Part shown: piece by piece, positions 36,952 through 50,549 of the stretch
Position numbering within the stretch: position 1 is the stretch's first letter
How the letters are laid out: every line of letters starts with the position of its first letter
Assembly: GCA_004022145.1 (NCBI GenBank)
Contig: RCNU01000022.1
Source: Paecilomyces variotii
Taxonomy: Eukaryota
Length of the DNA stretch: 64,000 nucleotides
Direction: 5' to 3' (one strand)
Made by a program: the position numbers and the translations under genes
Notes under the pieces: model-generated
The model's database searches: none
Seen by the model: the letters and a program-made list of their open reading frames with translations, nothing else
What the model was told of the DNA's origin: nothing

Positions 36952-39151
36952 GCTGTGAGACTTGACTCGCTTTGCTTTGTACTTTTGGCGCTATCCTCTA
37001 GGTACTAGGGATTATTCAAAGTACACAACTTTCGACAACATGATTGCTGTCTTAGATGGAAGATGCACTGGCATACTGATCTCGCCTCTCCCTCGGCTTT
37101 CCGTTGATGCCAACCAACACCGGAATATCGATGTGTTCCCATAAGACTACCGCTATCACGCACTACATATGGTCAATTCCATATCCGCTCCGAACCAGTT
37201 GCGACGGCAGGCAGAGCCATCGGGGCGAATTTCCACGAGCGTCGCATCAGGCCAAGCTGGTATATGTCCAGCAGGTATTGAAACAGCTGCTGGTCATGTG
37301 TAGAGGGAGTCTGGGACTGCCGGGGTTGCTTGCATCGATTACTTTCCGTACTGAGACCTCCAGTGCTGATCGACCTCACGGAGTCGCACGACAGTGCTCC
37401 CTGACTGGAGTGCATAACGCCAAGGATAGACGGGCTACCTCTCCAGGCTGGGAATGAGTGTTTAGGATCATATCATAGGCTACAATGGTACACTGGAGGA
37501 CCCGCCTTCGCGTGTTGGCGGAATTTACTTTTACGAAACTGACTCTACTACTCCGTACACCTATGAGGCATAACACAAACAACGAGGACGCTAATATACG
37601 CAGCCGGACCCAGCGGACGATTACGCATCTATGTCGAGCGAATAGGAAAAGAAAGGATGCAAGATTTCGGTACAGAGACAAACGGATAATATCAGGAAGC
37701 GCCCAACAGCCAATGTGCATGGAAGGCCATCTCCGAACAGGATTGTCTAATTACATCGGATTTTTCATCTCGAACAGGGCTGAAACGACGATCGGGCACC
37801 CGTGTAACTCAACGCGGTAGAGTCTTTTCTCGGATGAGCTAACAAGTTACGGAAACTTCCGACTACTCCGTGACAAGGCGCTCGTGGTTGTAGAACGCCT
37901 TAGAAGACGGGAAAATGCAGCTTCGAACAGATTTCCCAAAAGGGACAAGATTACTGCTACGCAATGACCTTTCTAACTGCGCCGGGCCAGATGATCAGCC
38001 TCACCAGCGTTGGCGAGAACGTGCAAATACGTGGAATCGACGCCCCGGCCCGTGTCCTGCGGAGGTGGATGTGACCGTTCGCTCTGGGGAGCCTGCAAAA
38101 AAAATGAGACGGTCAGAGATTGGGCCTCACTAGTCAGTTATTAGCTTGGATCTGCAGGTACAACTAATAATGACAATATGGCGATTTCAGTTCTGGATGG
38201 CCGGCGACTGCACGACCCACGTACGCAATATCGCGACTTTCAGGCCTCTGTACATGGAGCTGGAGAGTCCAGGAACAGCCATTGCCTGAACCATTCGGGC
38301 TGCTTATCTCGCTACCTATATGGATACACAGTTTCTCTCCTGTCTCCGCCATCTCTTCATCTACTCATTGTCTCCACTCGCTCGTGCAAACAGAAGAATG
38401 GGCTTCCAGGGGCGCGCCACGAAGTAAAGCACTCCGTATTAAGCTTTGGACGGCCAACAGTTGGCTTGTGCATTTCGTCCTCACCTTACCCGTCAAGGTT
38501 TAAGTCCACGGACATTGCCCCTGGACCAAAAATATAAATTCGGAAACACCTCGTGGGCTCCAGGATGGACCTCCAATGACAGACTTCGATCTTTACCGTG
38601 GGTCTCGCTCCAGTTCATTGAGTATTTGGAAATATTGTGTTTAGCAACCTACTCCACTTAACAAACAAGTACATTGAAGCGTCCGTACTCCGTAAAGAAC
38701 TTGGATTCTTGGTAGGAGCTCCCAAATAATGACAATTACTCTGTGTTAGCTCCCGGTCTAGCTTTTCTTGCAGTCTCTTCAGCCCGCAGTGACGAATATT
38801 TGATCTTATCTCTCCTATCATCCCCCTCCGCCTCCCGCCTGGCACCGTTCGCACGTATTCTCACCTCATACATATTCAACTATACTCGTTCCTTGCTATG
38901 TCTCAATAGCAAGTTGTCTCAACAACATGCACATGCACATGCATCTTGCCGTAAACCAGTGGACACTGAGCTGAAGACGCCGGAGTGCAGGCATCTTCCT
39001 AAAACGGCCCATTTACCTGAGATATCACCTTCATCTTCATCGATCGTGTTACTCTCGTGACTAATCATATACTGGTCACAATCCGGCTGTTACTGGACAA
39101 TTTCTTGCAAAGACTATACGACTTTCTTTTCCTCTTGATCAGACCGACAAT

Positions 39152-41989
39152 ATGGCACCTATACCCGATGAAACGGAGTGGTTGGCAGCTACAGCAAAGG
39201 CTCGCGAGGAGGCAGAAAAAATGGACAAGGATATGGCACAGGACGGACCGCCGGAACACCCGGTTGCGCAACTGCAAGGCCCCTTCGAAGAATCCATAGT
39301 CGATTCGAATGACCCGGCTGGTGAACTATACACAGTGCAAATAGATGCTCTGAGTCGGCGCATAGAAATTCTGATGAGCCAACAATATGAGCGTCTCTGT
39401 GGCAGAAAGTGGCGTCAGAAGCCACGGGAAAGGCAAGCGTTCCAAGCTTGATATTTGATGTTAAGATTCTAACAGAAACGCAGGTATCACCCTCTGTGGA
39501 AGATCGTCGCACAGATGTCCTTCGGCATGCATCTCCTGGCGAACGGGCTCGCCAAGTCAGAACCAGAAGTCATGAAGATCTTGCAGGGCCATGTAGACGA
39601 AATGGATGGCTTCATCGAGCGAACAACAGACGACCTGATTCTTGCCGAGGCTGACATCAGAGAGCGCTTGAATTATCTTAAGATCCCCCTCGAGACAGGG
39701 AGGGTATTCGATGAACTGCTGGAAGATCGAACCTTCAGGCATTCTGTGATGGATGACACCGAAAAGATCGAGCACATAAACCACCGATCAGCAGCAGCCA
39801 TGAGTGACGCTTTCAAGGACATCCAAAAAGGACGAGAGGCGATTAGCGCACTGTGGCATTACTTGAAGAAGTTAGGGAAAGAATGGACGCCAAGACCAGG
39901 CAGTTTTGATGCCGTTTATGCCGCGATGGTTGGGAATGTAGAAGGCTGGCAGGGCGCGTTTACGGATTTACGAAAACATGGGAAAGGACTGGCCATCGTC
40001 ATTATCCAGCTGGGCGCCGTCGTGACTGAAATACAGTCGCGAGCAGCTGCAGCCAGTAGGAAAGAAGTGGTTCGTGGAATAACCCTCCCCTCGAGTATAT
40101 GTGCAGGCCTGAAGCTAATGGTCCTAATGTCGCAGATGAACACTGTTAGCAGACCACGAGCCAAATCGCTCAAAGTTGGGTTATTCAAGAGATCGTCCTC
40201 ACTCCCAACAGTCCCCCAGGTTTCAGACAAGCCTCTTCCCAGCGCTCCGCAGCTTGTGGATCCAGCAATCGAAGCAGTGCTTCCCACGGAAATACGACCT
40301 GAGGCATTTCCTAAGAGAGACATTTCTGGCACCCAAAATGCCGGTCTGGCGCGTCACTCGTCCTCAGCAGGTCGACGCCGTACGAGATCTTTTGACGATG
40401 GCACCACTGAGGGTAACCGGTATTTGTCTTCAAGCAAGACTCCACAGGATCGCCCAGGGAGTCAAGGGAAACCCGCCAAATCCGTTACCTGGGTGGAACC
40501 TGGTCAAAATCGCCCTGCTACAGCACATCAGCCTGAAAACGATGCCTTCCGTGGCCGAAGCCGGTCCACGGGACAATTAAGAGAGGGCGGCGCAGAGGGA
40601 AGACCGCAGTCCAGGGGTGTCCTGGGATCTTTTGCACCGTTCGAGAAGAAGAAGTCATTGCCGGCCGGTGGGCGAGACAAGACGAAAGACCAGTTACTGG
40701 TCCATCTCAAATCCAAGAAAGCTCTCGACGCCCTCGCCGTACCGGTCAATAAGCTACGGTCTGCCTCTCCACGGCCATCATCCGTCAGAAGAGATTGGCC
40801 TCTTAGCATCTTCCGCGCCAAATCGTCGAATTGTCTCAGAAGCCCTGACGGATCTCAACATAGCGATTCTGGAAGTGGTCTCGATTCGGATGTCCAGATG
40901 GAATGGTCCAAGCCGGAGGAGGAGATCCCGAATACTCATACGCTACGCCCTGGGCCAGGCGATTCCCCTCGGATACCTCACATAAGGGCGTCACTATGCT
41001 CGACCATCAGAGAGCTAGATGAAGAGGGTGAAGCAAGAGAAGATGACGAGAGCGAGGTTGGGGAAGAGGGGGAAGTGGAATCGATACTTACAGCCTTACC
41101 CACACTAGATCCCTCGTTGGCAAGGCATTTCGATATTGCTATCTCTCAGATTTCAACAGAAACCGATGTCCACGAGATTTCTCCGAGCTCTGCGGACAAA
41201 TCTGCCACGGCAAAGGCTACCGACTCGATCCAACTCGACACAGATCCCTCCGACACATTAAATGATACTGGGAAGAGCGCAGATTCATCTAGTCCAGCTG
41301 GTCCACAGCCCAAGCGTCTCGTTCCCCATTCGGCTGATATCCTCGGATTATCTTCCAGTAGGCCACTCCGTCTGAGCAGCAAGGTACTACCGGCTCCGAT
41401 TATGCAAACTGACAATGATATCAAGTCTGGCATCGCGGTAAACGTCGCCTCCCTAACGTCAGAGTCATTGATCGACTTTCTCGCCGCAACACCTCCAGTG
41501 TCTCCCCGTCCTGACGATCTAGAAAGCTGCTCGACGGATGATGACCTAGACATAGACCTGTACGAACCACCAGAGCCGAAGGAGGAGGACACCAGCAGCA
41601 GGGCAAGACTCGGCCTCGGAATCCGAGTTGGACTACAGTGCTATCCTGAAGAAGTCAGCAGTCCGCCCCCGCCAGGCCCCGGTGGAAGAACCATGGTCAC
41701 CCCTGACTTTTCCACAAAATACGCCCTCGAGTGTGAAAAGCGCTTCAGACCGAGACTAGGCCTCGGAATGAGTAGCCTTTCTCTTTCTCTCATCCCGCGC
41801 AAGAAGAGTCTGAAAAGACTATTCAGCCCGACGTGGAAGAGTCACAACATCTCCCGGGATGTCGTGGTGGTGGGATCAGGAAGCGAGACCTCTTCCATGG
41901 AGGACATGGGAATGGCTCAGATGGATTCAGAGCAGAATTTCCATTTCCGCGGTCTGGGAAAGGATGGGACTTGGGTAATGAGTGATTGA
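39152..41989 (+). CDS. Conserved fungal hypothetical protein (helical N-terminal domain, long S/P/R-rich disordered tail)
   Basis: Exon 1 joins the 824-aa ORF in frame through GC-AG intron 39433-39483 (KPRER|YHPLWKIVAQMSFG). Probable intron 40070-40135. Confidence 0.75.
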
Positions 41990-42589
41990 AGAACCTTATT
42001 AAATTAAATTAATAGTTAATATGATTATTTAGCTATTTTTTTCATGTATAATACTTACGATAGGCTTCTTACTTAGTTACCCAGCCAGCTTGAATAGATA
42101 AATGTATGTATGTATATATAATGTCACTGCGGAATCATATTATGGGTGCTCCAGGTCATGGAAAATGCAATGTAAGTATCCTGAACAGCTTATTATACTT
42201 GAAAATGTCCGCTGGTAAGTAATTATATATATAACTATATATCAGGCGGAGACCCGTACAGGTACGCACAACCTCTGTAGAAGTCATGCTAGGAAAAAGT
42301 TCAACAGCTAGTGGTGTTTATCAGTTGAATTGATTGATATTTGAAGCCGACCAGTCACCAAAGGTATTATTACTCATACAGTACATCCTACCCATTTGTA
42401 AAGCGTTAAATATTCCTTTTTTTTGTGTCTCTTTTTTTTTCATTGTTATCGTTCATTCTTTGATGGATCACTCGCAACATCTGGACAAGAAACAAGAGAG
42501 GCTTTTTAACTTCCATAAACCCCACTAAAAAAAACCTCTAACATAACGGATAAAAGAAACCAGAAAAGAAGGGCAAAAAAGAAAGCTTA

Positions 42590-44166
42590 TTACTTGCACC
42601 GCTTATCCACAATGTTAGGACCGTGCTCCTCGTACTCTTTCTTCGAGATCCACATCTGGTGGAAAGTACCCAGACTTGCGAGGATACTGCCTCCGATCCA
42701 AGAACCGAATTTGCGCTCGGAGGTGTTTCCAGGAGCGGCGATTTTCACTCTTGGGCTGGGGAATGCCTGTAATAGCTCCTGGTTGAGACGGTCGGTGAAA
42801 CCGTAGTGTAGGCTTCCGGCGCCGGTCACGACGACGTTGCTCAGTAGGTGAGGTCGAATATCGACATCCACGGCGTTGAGTGCGTTCTTGATGAGCTCGG
42901 GGATCGTCTGCGCGGGGGTGGGCGCGGGGAAGGGAGATTCAGGGTCGGGAATCGCGGCTTTGGCGTCAAACAACGATTCCACGACGCGGTACCGTTCAGC
43001 GCCAAACACCTGGTTGTAGCCGTCTGGGAATTCGAACGGTCGTCCTGGAGTGCTCTTGGCAAGCTCTTCGTTCGCGACGCCATTCGGACCCGTGGAGGAG
43101 AGCTTTCCTGGACCGGGCCAGACTTGCACGACACATTCCTTGAATTCGGTGAGGGTACGTTCTTCGATCAACGAGCGGTACGAGGCATCAGGAGCCTTAT
43201 CGGCAGGGAAAGTCTTATAGGTTGCCTGCGGCGGCTGGCCAGCCTCGACGGGGGTCTTTGACGAGATGAGATAATGAGGCGTGATAGTTATCGGCTGGGG
43301 GGAGTTGGTCTTGAAGAGGGCCCGGATCTGGGATGAGACGTAGTCACCACCAAGTGGAGAGTGCTGGACGCCTCGCTTCAGGATAATTCCATCATGGACG
43401 GGAGTCACTGAGATGTTAGAGGCGCCAACATCGACCACCAAGGCGGACGCCTTGCCGGATGCAAAGCTAGAAGACACGAGTTAGCAGTGAACCCTTTTGC
43501 GTGCGACGAAGGACAATGATGAGACAGACGTACGCTGCTAGCACGCCATTCCGGGCCAGATAGAAAGCCGGTGTTCCCCATTGCTCCATGGCGATTTCTA
43601 TGGTCTTTTCCCGCGCCTTCGTAGGATTCCATCCGCACTCCGTCATGAGAAGCGGGGTGTCTGAGAGAGGCTTCTCTTCCGTCTCCACGCCCTCCATTTC
43701 TGCTGGGAGCTCGCCGTTCTGGACATCGTTGAGTCCGTTCGACAATGGGTCGCTGGGCTTCGACCCCGTCAGTCTCGAGGTGAACGAATATTCCCACACT
43801 TTGGTCGCCATGTCCCAATCTTCGACGACGCCATCTCTGCTCATGGGGTTGTGAACCGACAATCCCGGTCGAGGAGTAACGTAGATGTCATCGCCGTATA
43901 TGTATCTCTCTTCCGATCCCGACTGATATTTCCCGTAGTATGTCGGAATCAGAGACTTGGGCGTATCCTCTCCCGCGAAACCGGCGCGCGTCGTGGAGAA
44001 TCCTGGGTCTAGGACGATAGCAGACACCTCATCTGCGCGCACCAGGAGTCAGCGTCTCAATTCTGACATATATCCCACCCGAAGGGGATTTAAACGCAGC
44101 TAGGGTCATCAAGCTGTACGTACCTCCGCCGTATTCAGCCGTTGAGGGTGGTATAGAAGGGTTCAT
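42590..44166 (-). CDS. ARP4: Actin-related protein 4 (NuA4/INO80/SWR1)
   Basis: [31 protein letters not shown] and [27 protein letters not shown] motifs. Introns 44033-44123 and 43467-43533. Confidence 0.93.
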
Positions 44167-44534
44167 ATTGAAAGTCGATGCGATCCAGCGGAGCTCGTAA
44201 AGAGGTAGGGATGCCCGCGACCAATTTGGCGGCTGGAGAGTCGCGCAGGCGGCGACGCACAGGGATTGATTAGAAAGCCAGAAAAGGCGCAGATCGCAGC
44301 TCCTGCTTTCTGGTGCTCTTTGAGCAAAGGGTGGGTGTTTTGACGGAGACTGCTTGTCTTTCCGATCTTTGGTTTGAAGTCTCGCGGGCGCCAAGCGGCT
44401 CTGAGAGAACCGCGCCAGAGCTGCCGAACCTACGATGTCATCGGCCGATCTATCTCTCTTTCTCTTCACAACCTATCTCTCTCTCTAATATCCATACACC
44501 ACATATTTCTTCGTCCAGGCCGCATCGATCGACC

Positions 44535-45675
44535 ATGACGGACCTTGCAGAGACAGCAGGACCTCTCTTTCGCCCCGTCAAGAAGAGGAAGTTTCTGAGA
44601 AAGCGGCCGGAGGACGATCTGAATACAGAACCGGAAAATGCACCGTCTGCTCCTCCCTCGCAAGCAGAGCAGCAGCAGAAGACACAAGGACTGTCTACTG
44701 CATCTACATTCAATGATGATGAAGAATCAACTCCTGTGTCCGACATTCTACGGCTCCGGAAGGTGCATAAAGCTCGACGAGGTGGCGTCGAGTTCAGCGC
44801 AAGCTCGAGATCGAGAACCCACGGTGATGCAGAGTCTACGGATCTGGTCAATACGCAAGACCAGGACGTGGAGAAGGTCCGTGCTATGGCAGACAGGTTT
44901 ACTGCTCATACAGGACAGAAGGTGGACGTTGACAAGCACATGTACGGTCCCGGCCCTCAGACTATATGCAGCGCGAAATGCGACTGGAGACTAACAAGAT
45001 AAGGATGGCATATATAGAATCAGAACTGGCTAAGCGACATCAGCGCGATATGCCCACAGAAGACATTTCTCAGGATTCTCGCCCCGCGAACGAAACGGTC
45101 GACCGACAGTCAGATCCGAGATTCCTTCAGCGCGAGCCAGCCTCGTTGGGTAAACTCCACGAGATCGACCTTGGGGATGAAGCGAAACTAGAGAATATTG
45201 CGCGCACAGAGGCTGCTACAAGGCGACTTGTTGGGGAGGCACCACCATCACCAACAGAGGAAGCGCCACAGAAGAAAGCTCGTGATGGCAAATCCTGGCG
45301 AAACCGCAAGCGACGGACTAGTGAGGACATTGAGAGAGATAGGCTTGTGGAAGAGGTCTTGCGGGAAAGCAGACGTGAGTGTTCCTCCAGCCCAGCTGAC
45401 GTATGCCGTGCTTGTAAATGTCTAACAGTGATTTTCCAGTTGATGTATATGAGGAACCTGAAGAACAGGGCGAACCAGATGATCAAGCTGCTGACGACCG
45501 GATCGCGGAGCAATTTCGTCGAGACTTTCTTGACGCGCTACAGAGTCGCCGTCGCGGTACGCGGACGAAGCCTACGAAAACTGCAAAGCAGGAACCGCCC
45601 AAGGGACCGAAACTGGGTGGCAGCCGGAGTGCCAGGGCTGCTATGCGGGAGTTGCAGGAAAAAGGTCAAAAGTGA
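44535..45675 (+). CDS. Tls1/C9orf78 (Hep_59 family) splicing-associated protein
   Basis: RFTAHTGQKVDVDKHM|MAYIESELAKR, GKLHEIDLG and AADDRIAEQFRR motifs. Two introns. Confidence 0.75.
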
Positions 45676-48259
45676 TGGCAATTGGATATGTTCTACGAGA
45701 GTCCATTGTGGTCCAGAGTCTGGTCAATATTCCTCGACCGAGGTCGGGTCTAGACCTTTTGTCTATCCCTGAGGGACGCCCGGTTGCCGTTTGACCGCCG
45801 GTAACCTCATATATTCCGTTGTGAAACCGCCACTATCCGCGGTCACGGTTCGTTTGTTGGCGAGTGGAGAAGCACGAATTTTTCGGGTTATCCTCGCTAA
45901 TTATGCTGTGGTCATCCCTCATGAATCATGACTGGCATGGTAGTGATCGTTTGGTAACTTGCTGAGATGGGTATCTAGAGTCGATAAACTTCGTGTGGGG
46001 AGCAGATCGTCCTTGTTTGGGTATTTGGGGAATGAATCCTCTCTCCGCGATGCGCGTCGGCATGTTTGTACCGGCTCTGGCATGGGAAGTACCCGTGTTG
46101 CGACCTGGTATATCAGATGATTCAGATCTCTGCTGAGCGTACATTTTACCGGTATTAGATAGGCCGATTCGATAGAATTGTGCGCCTTTCTAAAGGTCGA
46201 AACCTCGCGCATGTCTGAGTGAATCCCGCGTTCTTCCAGTTTCTGCTGTGACCCGCACACGATCCCGGGGCCAAAATTACTGCATAATAATAATAGTTAG
46301 CATCTAGAAAGCAGAAAACTAGGATATTCAACCTTCAAGGGTAGCTTTAAGCTGTACCCCGGATCCTGGAACGCACTCCTGGATCTGTCCTGTACAGAAA
46401 GGGACAAGGACGGAAGGAATGGAAGCATACCATAGAAACACCCGACAAAAATAGCAACAAAAGCACCTGCTTTTCTTTTGAGCTAACTAGATATCGCGTT
46501 CTTTTTCTGGACTTGCCAAGGTCTGTACGTGTAGAGCTACTTCGTACTAGCATGGTTATTTGCATTATTATTATTCTTGAACAAGGGACCGGTTGGACGG
46601 TCGCACGAGATGAAACGCCCACAAGCCAATAATGGGGTAATATGGCTACGTACCAGATAGATAATTTTTGTCTTCGAGGACATGGCGCATATTGAAGACG
46701 GATAACGTAGGACCATTCTGATTAGTTGTATGTTCCAGTTGCATGACGAATTGGAGGAATCTTGCGGGAGTTGAGGCCATGGGTCAAGGGACAGAATTCC
46801 GGAAGAACCTGGATTGAGAGACATGGCGCTTAGAAGCACGAGGGCGTGAATAACTATTCGTCAAGTAGAAAATAAATATAGTATACTGTTTACCTCCAAT
46901 GACCGTACGGCGATGCTCTGGGCGGCATAATGTAATGACACTTTCGGGATCTAGTTCGAACGAAGACGCCAACAATTAAGCTCCAGTAGAGTGATAATAA
47001 TGTCCATACTAATAGGACATCAGCCGGGTCGCAACGTCTTCCACATGGAACGGGGTACGAAGGTTGACGCCAGCGACTTGGCCGCGATGATAACAGTGAT
47101 CAGCCGGCGGCTAGACGACCAAGAGTATATCAGATTGAGATTCAGGAGACAGGAGAGGGACCGATCCTGATCTCGTGTGCTCTCTAACTCAGTCGAGACT
47201 CGAGGAGTCGAGAGTCAAATAATATTAAGCAGGCGGGACGGGCTGAAATCGCCGGCGCTATTATTATTATTGAACCGTGGGTGGCCATTTGTGGCGCCGT
47301 CAGGGCAATCAGTAGTGAGGAGTTTAGTGGATCGATCTGGATGGCGGGTTAGATAGATAAATAATAATATGAGAGGCAGAGGAAGCAAACCTGGGGATTG
47401 TTTGTATACAGCAGACAGGGATGGGCTGGGAATCGGTTTGTTTCTGCTCTGTATGATTGTTATTATTATTTTCCCATCCACCCCGGAACACGTAGGATTC
47501 CCACGATGGAAAATACCTCGACGGCGCGGTCTCCTGTGATCAGCCACTGCAAGAGACAACGGACTGTAGAAGGCGTCCAGCACTAGAGCATACTCGGTCT
47601 GGACATTCACCATCTCCACTAGCTAGTACCGTAGGCTGGACGAAGCGCGAGCCCAAGAGCGGGTTCCTGAAACGAGCAGTGGAGATGGCGAGTTGAGACA
47701 ACTCCAGCGCCCCTGGAGGAGGAGAGAGTGATTGGCAACGAAGCGTGCATTCCTCCACTGCCAACCTCATCCAAGCCCAAACGCTGTCGTCGTTCATTCC
47801 TCGCGGTCGACCCTATCTATTCCTACTATTGTCACTCGTTTGCAATCGCCTTCCAAACCACCCTCACTCGTTACTCTCTTTCTTTTTGCCCGGTCGTTCT
47901 CGCTGCCTTTGTTCACATCGTCTCTCCTGTTGCGCGTCTCGACTTGGAGCAACAGCATCATATCTTCGATTCCTCAGCAGGTTGACCCTGTGTACTGTCG
48001 CCCAGCGAGTACGGGGAGATCCGCTCGCTTGGCAGTGGCTTCGTTTTGGGAATACTAGTTCTCTTTGTAATTCAATGTTTGCATTATTAAGACGGAATTG
48101 ACAGCGACGACAAGGGTTACCATCTGGTGAAGACTATTATTGACAGCTGCGTGGTGTCCTCGTCTTGACACTCCTTTTTTTGTTTGAATCCAGGATAACT
48201 GACCGTCCGGGTCTCTCCTGGACCCCTCGAGGACTCGAACTTCACAATAAACCATCGCA

Positions 48260-50549
48260 ATGCGGCCAACGTCGTTCCCAGCGGCCGCGTTGCTGACGCT
48301 GGGCCTACTGCCCGTGGGGATACTAGGTGGTATTCTGCAGACAGAAGGGTTCTCAACATGCTTGCCGGCCTCTGTCATCACGGTTGACCAGCTGGATGTG
48401 ACGTATAATAGTGGCAGCCAAATTGTGACATTCGACCTGGCTGGAACCAGCACGAAGGAAGAGGAAGTGATTGTCTCTCTTGCTATCTCTGCATACGGCA
48501 ACCAAGTGTACTCGAAGTCTTTTGATCCTTGCGACCCCGCCACAAAGGTTGAGAAAATGTGTCCTGGTACGTATATATACATATACTCTGCTTGAATGAA
48601 GACTGATAAACCGTCACTAGTGCCCGCGGGTACTTTCCAGGCATCGGGCTCGCAAGCGATTCCTGCTCAATTCGCATCTCAGATCCCTTCCATTGCGTTC
48701 AGCATTCCTGATTTTGAGGGCGAGGTTAAACTTGAATTGAAAGCTAAGGACACCGGCAGTGATATTGTTTGCATTCAATCGGGTGTCACCAATGGGAAGT
48801 CAGCACAAGTGAAAGGTGCCACCTATGTCACAGCGGGAATCGCAGGTGCTGCTTTGGCAATGTCAAGTATTTCTGCTCTGGGTGCTGGTGCTGCAGGCCA
48901 TGGTGCTGCCTCGGCCAGTATATCAGCGCACCCTGGGTTTGGGGATGTGATGGGTTGGTTCCATGTGATGGCCACCAACGGAATGCTCAGCGTCGACTAC
49001 CCATCCATTTACCGTAGCTTCACCAGAAATTTTGCATGGAGCACTGGCGTCATTCCGTGGAACAGCATGCAGATATCCATCGACAATTTCAGGAACCACA
49101 CGGGTGGTAACCTGACTGACAACAGCTTTGAGTTTCTGTTCAACAGTACCGTCGCGGACAAAGACGGTACCACGTTGAAGTCCGCGGGAGTTGCCAAACG
49201 TACGCTTGACTTCCTCGTCGACCCTGGTCATATCTTCCCTCGAGACGTGAGCTCGTCCGTGAATGGAACAGGAAACGCTACTGCTGCGAGCGGTAGCGGC
49301 GACGGAGGAATCAATCACGTCGTCTCCGGAATTCAGGCTTACGTCGAAGAGCTCTCGATCCCCCAAGCCAACGTGTTCATGACTATCCTGCTCATTTTTG
49401 CCATCGTTATCGCTTCAATCGCTGCGGGCATTCTACTTTGCAAGGTCATCCTGGAAGTGTGGGCCATGTACGGCACTTTCCCTGAAAAGCTGTCGAACTT
49501 CCGCAAAGACTATTGGGGTCTTCTCGCCCGCACAATCACGAACTTGATCCTTATCATGTACGGCATGTGGACCCTTTACTGTGTCTTCCAGTTCACTCGC
49601 GGCGACTCATGGGCTGCCAAACTTCTCGCTGCGGTTACGCTGGCCATATTCACTGCAGTTCTCGGATTCTTCAGCTTCCGGATTTGGCAGATTGCCCACA
49701 AGTATAAGAAGGCCGAAGGTGACACATCGCGTTTGTTCGAAGATCAGGAGACTTGGCGCAAATACAGTCTCTTCTATGATAGTTACAAGAAGGATTACTG
49801 GTGGATCTTTGTCCCTACGATTGCCTACATGTTCACTCGGGGTTGCATCATTGCCGCAGGTGATGGCCACGGCCTCTTCCAGTCCGCTGGCCAACTTATT
49901 GTGGAGGCATTGATGCTGATACTCTTGGTCTGGAGCCGCCCGTACGAGGCCAAGTCCGCTAGATGGATCAACATTACCATTCAGGCTGTCCGTGTACTTT
50001 CAGTTGCCTGCGTCTTGGTCTTCGTCCAAGAGCTCGGAATCTCCAAGACCACCAAGACAGTCACAGGCATTGTTCTGATCGCAATCCAGTCAACGCTCAC
50101 TGGAGTACTGGCGATACTGATCGCCGTCAATGCCGTTATTGGCTGCATCAGGGAGAATCCCCACGCGAGACGCCGAAGGGAAGCTGGTAAGTCGAATCAA
50201 ATAGTCAGATGTCCACCTCAACGTTTACTAACGAATCTCAGAAAAATTAAACCGTGACTTTGACGACTTGACGCCGCTCGATGCGCGTAACTCTCTGCTC
50301 ATGGACCGCCCTTCAACTAAGCATGGTCTCGATGACCAGGGAATGAACAAGTTTAACTACACCGGCCCTTACGCGCCTTACCGAGACTCCGTTCCTCGAT
50401 CACGACACCATGCGACAGAAAGTACTGACCGACTGATTAACTCCGAGGAGGTGGATGTGAAACATACTCGGAGCTCCAGTCGCGAGAGCCGCGGACGCAG
50501 CCCATCTCCAAATGCAGAGAAGCCTGCTCCTTATGGCGTTGCGCTCTGA
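48260..50549 (+). CDS. FLC/TRP-like (Pkd2-like) membrane protein
   Basis: Signal peptide, ML-like TRP_N domain (FDPC...MCP, IPSIAFSIPD), GMLSVDYPSIYRSFTRNFAWSTG and multiple TM helices. Introns 48567-48620 and 50187-50241. Confidence 0.88.
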
